A DNA stretch of 44,590 bases from positions 1 to 44,590 of the forward strand of contig JBFWOZ010000024.1 in assembly GCA_050250255.1 (NCBI GenBank), read 5' to 3'. This stretch comes from Bdellovibrionales bacterium. GTDB taxonomy: Bacteria > Bdellovibrionota > Bdellovibrionia > Bdellovibrionales > DASUEL01. Position 1 is the stretch's first letter, and every line of letters begins with the position of its first letter. Positions 38,074-44,590 of the stretch are shown here, in pieces. The notes under the pieces are model-generated. The model searched no databases, was not told the origin of the DNA, and saw only the letters and a list, made by a program, of their open reading frames with translations. Both the position numbers and the translations under genes were made by a program.

Positions 38074-38667
38074 GTGACAAGAACAACAGAAAGAAAAGTG
38101 GGAGAACAGAATATTATTTCTCTTATTATTGAGCACCACAACATTCTCCGCGAATCTATTGATGTTTTGAAAAATGATGCTTCTTCTTCCGTAGAGAAGA
38201 AAAAACATGCGTTACAATTTACAGCAACATTAAAAGTACATGCGAAAGCAGAGGAAAACACCCTCTACGAACGTATGTTAAAAGATGGAAAACTTCGCAT
38301 GAAAGTTTATGAAGGCGATGAGGAACACAATATCGCAGACCAATTAGTGACAGAGTTGGAACTTCTTAACTTTCCCCTTAACTGGGACGAACAAATAGAA
38401 GCAAAAGCGAAAGTACTTGCGGAAATTGTAGAACATCACATTGACGAAGAAGAGGATGAGGTATTTCCCGCAGTAGCCGATCTCATCGCGGAGTCGGAGC
38501 TTAAAAAATTAGGAGCTGAGTACTTCAAAGAGTGTAGGAACGAAATGGACATTCTTGAAGAAAGCAAACCTTACTCCACTATCTGGAAAGAGGATCTCAC
38601 TCGCTCTCTTTACTCCGGGCTTCTCGGAGATCGCGAGCGTCTGCGCCAACAGGGATTAACTCAGTAG
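38074..38667 (+). CDS. Hemerythrin/HHE cation-binding protein
   Basis: EHH, HAKAEE..LY, EEH, HHIDEEEDEVFP. Confidence 0.9.
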   Translation: MTRTTERKVGEQNIISLIIEHHNILRESIDVLKNDASSSVEKKKHALQFTATLKVHAKAEENTLYERMLKDGKLRMKVYEGDEEHNIADQLVTELELLNFPLNWDEQIEAKAKVLAEIVEHHIDEEEDEVFPAVADLIAESELKKLGAEYFKECRNEMDILEESKPYSTIWKEDLTRSLYSGLLGDRERLRQQGLTQ

Positions 38668-38686
38668 AGCGAAGAGGTAAAAAGAG

Positions 38687-38878
38687 ATGCTTAGAAGAAT
38701 TCGATATGCAATCCTGGGAGTAGGACATATAGCACAAGTAGCCATGCTTCCAGGACGTATTATTGTACTTTCAAGTAAGAAAAATATTGGAGTTGAGTAC
38801 CCTAGACCCTCACAAAAGAAAATTTATAAAGGTGTGGATGAGCCAGAAGTTATTCAAGTTTCCAGCCCACATTCTTAA
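38687..38878 (+). pseudogene. Remnant of a Gfo/Idh/MocA oxidoreductase
   Basis: IRYAILGVGHIAQVAMLP is a Gfo-type Rossmann start, but the ORF is only 63 aa. Confidence 0.6.
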
Positions 38879-38889
38879 AAGTTATAAAA

Positions 38890-39240
38890 CTAAATTGCTC
38901 TAGGCTGTTTACTCATATTTTGAATAAACTCATCGCGCAATTCATTCTCATGAGTTCTTTGACTCAAACGATCAGTGGAAAGCTTAGGATTCACATCTTC
39001 GGTATAAGACGTGCCGATACCAGTTCGTGAAAGAGTTATTCCGTATCCGGTTGCTAAAGCGACTAAACTCATCATGCCGAGAGCCATAAAAGATGTGAGA
39101 TAATTGTTCCAGGTGACGGCACCCATTTCATCTAACTGCAAGGTGATCTCTGCGAGACTCATAATAACGGCGCCACAAAACAACACAGCTCCAATAAAAT
39201 AGCTCGTAGCCGCTAGCATTAATGTTGAAATACGGATCAT
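38890..39240 (-). CDS. Two-TM membrane protein (YqjE-like position)
   Basis: Two hydrophobic helices; directly downstream of an ElaB-like ORF. Confidence 0.6.
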   Translation of the reverse strand: MIRISTLMLAATSYFIGAVLFCGAVIMSLAEITLQLDEMGAVTWNNYLTSFMALGMMSLVALATGYGITLSRTGIGTSYTEDVNPKLSTDRLSQRTHENELRDEFIQNMSKQPRAI

Positions 39241-39261
39241 AACATCGCTCCTTTAGGTTGA

Positions 39262-39429
39262 TTAACTATTTTGGAAAATGAGACCTGCAACAAAACCTAT
39301 CACTGCTAATCCTATCGCTGTAAGGACAGGATGAATGCGGGTAAAACGAGAAGATTTCTTCATTGTTCGATCTGTAACGCGTCGTGCGCTTAAATAATAA
39401 TCATTTAGGTTCATCGTTTGTTCCAACAT
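39262..39429 (-). CDS. Small ElaB/DUF883-like tail-anchored protein (55 aa, not in ORF track)
   Basis: MLEQTMNLNDYY...FTRIHPVLTAIGLAVIGFVAGLIFQNS; AGGAGG RBS. Confidence 0.65.
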   Translation of the reverse strand: MLEQTMNLNDYYLSARRVTDRTMKKSSRFTRIHPVLTAIGLAVIGFVAGLIFQNS

Positions 39430-39455
39430 CTCTACCTCCTTTTCTTTTTATAATG

Positions 39456-39471
39456 TGCAAGGGTGAGACCA
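39456..39471 (-). promoter_or_regulatory. Putative sigma54 promoter
   Basis: TGGTCTCACCCTTGCA upstream of 39429. Confidence 0.65.
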
Positions 39472-39594
39472 CTTACATGCCCTACACGAAGCGACTTAAA
39501 CATCAGAAGTCCCATTTCTACCCAATCCTCTCGAGGCAAAACACCCCGAGCTCCATTTGTGAGACTGTCAGACGCAATTTATTGAGACTGAAGC

Positions 39595-39610
39595 TGGTAC
39601 GCCACTTGCT
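39595..39610 (+). promoter_or_regulatory. Putative sigma54 promoter
   Basis: TGGTACGCCACTTGCT upstream of 39757. Confidence 0.68.
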
Positions 39611-39756
39611 CTATCCCCAAAGCATCAAGCTCATTCACATCACCGAGGGCGTTCCCACCGGATGTTTTGATTATTCAAAAAATCGGGGGTGCGCCCTTTC
39701 CCTTTTTAGGGTGTAGAGAGAGTGAAACAAAAACTATGTTTAAGGAGAACAAACTA

Positions 39757-40320
39757 ATGAAAAAAATTATGGCTTTATCGCTACTCGCTATGGGGTTTTC
39801 TGTTGGATGCAGCTCAACACAACGTGCCGACACAAAATTAGCGGAGACTATGGCTCCCGAAGTAAAAAGTGCAGCCAACGTAACAGATGCGACTTTTGTG
39901 ACTGAAGTGAGCTTCCAAAAAGGTTCATCACAACTAACACCAGCTGCAAAATCCAGAATTAGCGAACTCATTCGTGATGCTCGTGGCTCAGGGGAAATTG
40001 AAGATATAAAAGTGATCTCTTGGGCAGACCAAGAATATCCCTCTGAAGAAGCAAAAAAACTTTCCTCGGAGCAGCGCAACCTCGCCGATGCACGCAACAG
40101 AGAAATTCGCAGACAAATTGCGGCAGTCGATGGTGCCATTGATGTTGATGCCTATAACATGGCAGAACGTCCAAATGCGCTCTCTCGTCTCGTTGGAACA
40201 GAAAACGCGAAGTTGAAAAAATCTTTAGAAGTAGCGGGACTACCAACAACTGCATCGAAGAATAAAGTTGTCTCAGGCAAAGCTTCAAAAGCAATGCTTC
40301 TTGTTATTATGGATATGTAA
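39757..40320 (+). CDS. Lipoprotein with OmpA-like domain
   Basis: Lipobox SVGC; VSFQKGSSQLT, LADARN; AAGGAG RBS. Confidence 0.7.
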   Translation: MKKIMALSLLAMGFSVGCSSTQRADTKLAETMAPEVKSAANVTDATFVTEVSFQKGSSQLTPAAKSRISELIRDARGSGEIEDIKVISWADQEYPSEEAKKLSSEQRNLADARNREIRRQIAAVDGAIDVDAYNMAERPNALSRLVGTENAKLKKSLEVAGLPTTASKNKVVSGKASKAMLLVIMDM

Positions 40321-40474
40321 TTCGGTAATAAGTTAAAAACCTTTGCCCTCTTGCTCTTCCGAGCGGAGGGCAATTTTATTGAAGATGATAGCCGGGGTAA
40401 AAATCTGATTTTACTATAGATTTATCTCCCTCTTAATTGTGTTGAAATCCAAGAAAGAGTGTAGTTTAGATCAA

Positions 40475-42448
40475 ATGATGATTCGGTGGTGGCGTGATCT
40501 TTCTGTAAGTAAGAAGCTTTACAGCGTCGTAGGACTCATGGCGTTTTTAATTGCTATGGAGCTTGTGACTCTAAAGTTTGTGATGAATACCCTCTCAGCC
40601 GTTCGTTCTTTTGTCGGCGGTGAAGGTCTGTGGTCGAAAGCACAAAAAAGCGCCGTTAATAGCCTGCAAAAATATGCTCTCACCGGTGATCAAAAATATT
40701 TTCAAGAGTACCAACAATATCTTTCCGTGACTCTAGGTGATCGCCAAGCTCGATTAGAACTTTTAAAACCAAACTATAATTTTTCGGTTGTAGAAGATGG
40801 TTTTGTAAAAGGCGGAATTCATTCTCATGACGTTCCAGGTCTCGTACGAGTTTTACGCAACCTCTACATGGTCAGCTATATTAAGCGTGCCGTAGAGGTA
40901 TGGACCGCTGCTGACAAGATGGTGGATGACTTAGAAGCTGCCGCCAATACGCTCCATAAAACCATTCGTGCGGGAAAAAGAGGAAGCGCCCAATTTCATG
41001 CAACCTTAAATCGCATTTACAGAATTGATAACCAGCTCACCGTCCTCGAGAACGAATTCTCTTACGTCTTAGGTGAGGGCTCCCGCTGGCTAGAGAGCTT
41101 TCTTATGATAGCTCTGGTGCTTTTTGTTTTAACGGTTGAATCGACTGGTCTTCTCCTCACCTTCTCTTTTAGTCGCAACTTAAATCGGAGTCTCAGTGAA
41201 ATGAACGAAGCGGCCACAGCCGTGGGACAGGGTCACTTTGATCGTTTTATTCCCGTACGATCAAAGGATGAGCTCGGTGAACTAGCTATGGCCATTAACA
41301 AAATGACCGACGACTTGAAAAAGAATATTGGAGAACGTAAACAAGCTGAAAGTGCGAATCAGATTAAAACTCTTTTTTTAGCAAACATGAGTCATGAAAT
41401 CCGCACACCTCTAGGGGTGATTTTAGGGTTGACGGAAATTTTAAAAAATAATGAAATCTCTGCGATGGAGAGAAGACAATATTTAGATATCATTGACCGC
41501 ACAGGGCACAATCTTTCTCAGCTTATTAATGACATTTTAGATATTTCCAAAGTAGAAGCAGGGTATTTAGAAATTGAAGAATCTCAATTTTCTCTACCTG
41601 GGTTTTTAAATGAGCTTTACGAGATGCTTGGCGTACAAGCGAAGTTAAATCGCATTGCTTTTAACGCTCGAGGCGCGTTTCCTCAAGAAGTTGTCACTGA
41701 TAAATCCCGACTTAGACAGATTTTAATTAACCTCCTTAATAATGCACTTAAATTTACCCAAGATGGCACCGTCCAACTGAACTATTGGTCCAGCTCTTCG
41801 GAGCTATGCTTTGAAATTTCAGACAATGGTATTGGGATGTCAGAGGAACAAAAAAAGAACTTATTTAGCATATTTTACCAAGCCGACCCTTCGGTCACAC
41901 GCAAACATGAAGGTACAGGCTTGGGGCTTACGCTTTCAAAACGTTTGGCAAAAGCTTTAGGCGGTGATGTAACGCTTGTCGACAGTAAAGAGCAGAGAGG
42001 CTCGATATTTCTTGTGACCATTCCCCTGGATCATAAAGCTTCCGCTCAAAACTTTTCTCGGCTTGCCAAAGCATCAAACGAAGAATCCTTAAGAGATAAA
42101 AAAATTCTTGTGGTCGAAGACAATAAGGATAACCAACTCCTCATTGGCCTTTTTCTGAACAAAACGGGAGCGCACTTAAGTTATGCCAACAACGGGGAAG
42201 AAGGATACAAACAAGCACTCGCCGATGATTTTGATGCTGTTTTGATGGATATACAAATGCCTGTTACTGACGGATATTCTGCTATAAAACGTTTGAGAAA
42301 AGAAGGTTATAGAAAACCAGTCATTGCCATTACCGCACACGCCATGACCGAAGAAAAATCAAAATGCTTTGAAGTTGGTTTTGATGATTATTTAGCAAAA
42401 CCTTTGACTTCTCACTTGCTAAAAAACACTATTGAGAAGCATGTGTAA
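40475..42448 (+). CDS. Hybrid sensor histidine kinase (HAMP, HisKA, HATPase, REC)
   Basis: SKDELGELA, FLANMSHEIRTPL, NALKFT, GTGLGL, LMDIQMP; start 40439 or 40475. Confidence 0.95.
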   Translation: MMIRWWRDLSVSKKLYSVVGLMAFLIAMELVTLKFVMNTLSAVRSFVGGEGLWSKAQKSAVNSLQKYALTGDQKYFQEYQQYLSVTLGDRQARLELLKPNYNFSVVEDGFVKGGIHSHDVPGLVRVLRNLYMVSYIKRAVEVWTAADKMVDDLEAAANTLHKTIRAGKRGSAQFHATLNRIYRIDNQLTVLENEFSYVLGEGSRWLESFLMIALVLFVLTVESTGLLLTFSFSRNLNRSLSEMNEAATAVGQGHFDRFIPVRSKDELGELAMAINKMTDDLKKNIGERKQAESANQIKTLFLANMSHEIRTPLGVILGLTEILKNNEISAMERRQYLDIIDRTGHNLSQLINDILDISKVEAGYLEIEESQFSLPGFLNELYEMLGVQAKLNRIAFNARGAFPQEVVTDKSRLRQILINLLNNALKFTQDGTVQLNYWSSSSELCFEISDNGIGMSEEQKKNLFSIFYQADPSVTRKHEGTGLGLTLSKRLAKALGGDVTLVDSKEQRGSIFLVTIPLDHKASAQNFSRLAKASNEESLRDKKILVVEDNKDNQLLIGLFLNKTGAHLSYANNGEEGYKQALADDFDAVLMDIQMPVTDGYSAIKRLRKEGYRKPVIAITAHAMTEEKSKCFEVGFDDYLAKPLTSHLLKNTIEKHV

Positions 42449-42465
42449 TTTGCTAAAAGAAGGGA

Positions 42466-42867
42466 ATGAAATTGAGTCAAAAAGATATCCCTTCTGAGGT
42501 GAAGGAATTTCTCACAAAAAACATCGATTCTATCGGTAAACTTGAGATCCTTATATTTTTAGCAACTCATCAAGGAAAAACTTGGACCTCTCACGAAATC
42601 AATCAAGAGCTGAGAGGAAACGATCTTTCCACGGAGAAGCAACTTTCGCAACTCGTAGCGCTTAAAGTTGTAGCTGCTAAACCAACCTCTCCTGTCTCTT
42701 ATATTTACGATGCCTCACCATCCGATCATGTCGTGATCGAAAAGTTGATGGCCGCGTACGGAACATTTCGTACACGTGTGATTACTTTAATTTATGAAAA
42801 ACCGTCTGAAGCATTAAAAACTTTTGCTGACGCCTTCAAATTCAGAAAGGATCCAGAAGATGGCTGA
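42466..42867 (+). CDS. Conserved hypothetical wHTH-like protein
   Basis: IDSIGKLEILIFL...RVITLIY..P...FADAFKFRK. Confidence 0.75.
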   Translation: MKLSQKDIPSEVKEFLTKNIDSIGKLEILIFLATHQGKTWTSHEINQELRGNDLSTEKQLSQLVALKVVAAKPTSPVSYIYDASPSDHVVIEKLMAAYGTFRTRVITLIYEKPSEALKTFADAFKFRKDPEDG

Positions 42868-43117
42868 AATTGTTTATCTTCTTTGCTTTGGCACCAGCTC
42901 CCTCTGTGCCTTATTGCTTTTTCGTGCTTATCGTAAAAGCCAAACTCGACTCCTTTTTTGGAGTTCACTTTGTTTTTCAGGTTTTGCACTCAACAATGGA
43001 TTTTTATTTTTAGATATTGTCGTCTTTCCAGAAGTGTATTTATCTGTTTGGCGGCTCGTACCCGCTCTTTTGGGTGTAAGTGCCTTAATCTATGGCTTGA
43101 TTAGAAAGGATGCATAA
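42860..43117 (+). CDS. Small 3-TM membrane protein (DUF5985-like)
   Basis: VYLLCFGTS..CALLL.RAY...RLLFWSSLCF...NN. Confidence 0.75.
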   Translation: MAEIVYLLCFGTSSLCALLLFRAYRKSQTRLLFWSSLCFSGFALNNGFLFLDIVVFPEVYLSVWRLVPALLGVSALIYGLIRKDA

Positions 43118-43376
43118 TATGTTGCCGGTTTATATTTCTGGCGCAGTGACAATGGGCTGCTGGATTGTTGCGCTTTTCTTTTACCAATTCTGGTCAGAGT
43201 CTAAAGATCGACTTTTCGCAATTTTTGCGTGGGCTTTTGTAATCATGGGGCTAGAACGTGTTGCACTTTTGATTTTAGTCGAGAACGAACGCCATGCCGC
43301 TTTTTATCTTCCTAGACTCCTTGCTTTTCTCCTCATCATTTGTGCGATCGTGGATAAAAATCGCGCCAAGCAATGA
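43110..43376 (+). CDS. Small 3-TM membrane protein (DUF5985-like)
   Basis: ALFFYQFW..SKDRLF..FAWAF, RLLAF...IVDKNR. Confidence 0.75.
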   Translation: MHNMLPVYISGAVTMGCWIVALFFYQFWSESKDRLFAIFAWAFVIMGLERVALLILVENERHAAFYLPRLLAFLLIICAIVDKNRAKQ

Positions 43377-43442
43377 AGCACTAACGCGGACCTGGACTTT
43401 TTGCCTGTGTATTTATGAAACAACAAGGCCGAAAGGAAGGGC

Positions 43443-44054
43443 ATGACCACACCATTTAAAATATTTTTTCTCTCGTTGGCCGTACTTTCACTCTCCCCTA
43501 AACCCTCCTTTGGAGAAGGTGGCTCCTCTTCTTCAGGAAGCATTTTGGTCGATTTTAACGGCTTCTATTTTTCTGATGCAGCTACTATTTCAAGTACAAA
43601 TTCTGCAAGCACTCGCATGTTTTACGATGCAAGCCTTATGGTGAGAATTACGAAAAAGGGTGAGCTCTATATGGGCTGGAATTATGGCGGTTATGACACA
43701 ACCGTTACGACAGGGTCCGACACCGAGACCTATGCCTCTTCCCAAATGGGACCTAGATTTTTATGGTTCATGAATAAGGGACGCAATTGGAGCTTAGCTG
43801 CAGCTTATAATCTTGTGACGACGGCCGCATATAAGGCAGGCTCTGCAGGCACAGCCCTCAAGTGGCGTGGGACCGCAATCAAAGCGGATATTGGTTATGT
43901 TTCTTGGCTCAACGACACGTTCGCCATTGGCGGTAAGGTGAACTACAACTCCGCAAGTTACATTGAGTCTTCAGAGGACGGAAATACCTACATTCAAGCT
44001 ACAAATACCCGAGTACATATTTACCCGAGTATTTATTTAGGATTTCAGTTTTAA
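43443..44054 (+). CDS. Predicted outer-membrane beta-barrel protein
   Basis: Signal peptide; C-terminal YLGFQF beta-signal. Confidence 0.7.
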   Translation: MTTPFKIFFLSLAVLSLSPKPSFGEGGSSSSGSILVDFNGFYFSDAATISSTNSASTRMFYDASLMVRITKKGELYMGWNYGGYDTTVTTGSDTETYASSQMGPRFLWFMNKGRNWSLAAAYNLVTTAAYKAGSAGTALKWRGTAIKADIGYVSWLNDTFAIGGKVNYNSASYIESSEDGNTYIQATNTRVHIYPSIYLGFQF

Positions 44055-44269
44055 GATTTGTGATCTTCGTGTTTACAACCACAAGATTTTGTCGCGCCTT
44101 TAGCGTCTTTTGCACCGCAAGCACAACCTTTGTTATCTTTTCCGCAAGAACATGAATGCTCTTTTTTCGTCTCATTCGCAGACACCTTATTAGATTTGTC
44201 ACAGGCAAGAGCCCCTGTCGTAACCATCAAACCACCAGCAAGCACCACAGAACCAAATATTTTCATCAT
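44051..44269 (-). CDS. Small exported Cys/His-rich protein
   Basis: Signal peptide; CSC, CAC, CGC motifs; AAGGAG RBS. Confidence 0.7.
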   Translation of the reverse strand: MMKIFGSVVLAGGLMVTTGALACDKSNKVSANETKKEHSCSCGKDNKGCACGAKDAKGATKSCGCKHEDHKS

Positions 44270-44378
44270 AGTTCGCTCCTTTTAAGCTCTATTATCGTCA
44301 AAAAGCAGCCTTAAGTTAAGGTCTTTTCGGTTGACCCTAGCAGTCCGTCGGGAGTACTGTGCCTTACTTATCTCTTGT

Positions 44379-44460
<82 letters not shown>

Positions 44461-44465
44461 CGATA

Positions 44466-44590
44466 GGTCCGTACCGGACACATGGGTAACAGTTTATTCC
44501 GATGACATAGGTAACACTTTCGAGAGGAACGGGTTTTGTCCCGCTTCGACTCGATCTGATTCATCATCAAAGTATCCTAAGTCGTAATTC
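44466..44590 (-). mobile_element. End of an IS481-like element: transposase C-terminus (stop 44494-44496) plus tandem repeats, abutting tRNA-fMet; continues beyond the window
   Basis: Minus strand encodes NYDLGYFDDESDRVEAGQNPFLSKVLPMSSE*; 20-bp repeats at 44472-44491 and 44497-44516. Confidence 0.75.

Noticed and set aside
39384..39716. 110-aa plus-strand ORF and upstream extension of the 39757 lipoprotein
   Set aside because: Spans a divergent promoter region, has no RBS or recognisable features, and overlaps the better-supported 55-aa minus-strand ORF

Overview
Bacterial chromosome window whose gene families (TIGR02147/DUF4423 regulators, glycine-motif secreted proteins, HD-GYP and HEAT proteins) suggest a Bdellovibrionota-like organism; this is an inference. 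Left part (1-17.7 kb) looks accessory. It carries partial ppsA, a degenerate CsoR-like repressor, a P-type ATPase/ArsP/thioredoxin operon, fluoride riboswitch plus fluC, katG, a BigR/SqrR-type persulfide-detoxification cluster, two DUF4423 regulator plus secreted-protein modules, a RelE-type toxin-antitoxin pair and several mobile-gene remnants, and it ends at tRNA-Met. The middle and right parts hold core-like genes and a large general-stress cluster (BON x3, CsbD, DUF1328, ElaB-like, hemerythrin). Nearly every unit of that cluster is preceded by a -24/-12 sigma54-type promoter, and it surrounds an NtrC-family activator and hybrid kinases with an Hpt protein. Most striking observation: both tRNA genes (tRNA-Met 17735-17811 minus; tRNA-fMet 44379-44455 plus) are followed 9-10 nt after CCA, in the same relative orientation, by an 81%-identical element end. 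This end has tandem 20-bp repeats and the C-terminus of an IS481-like transposase, suggesting a DDE transposon that targets tRNA 3' flanks. All family assignments come from motif recognition, not from database searches.
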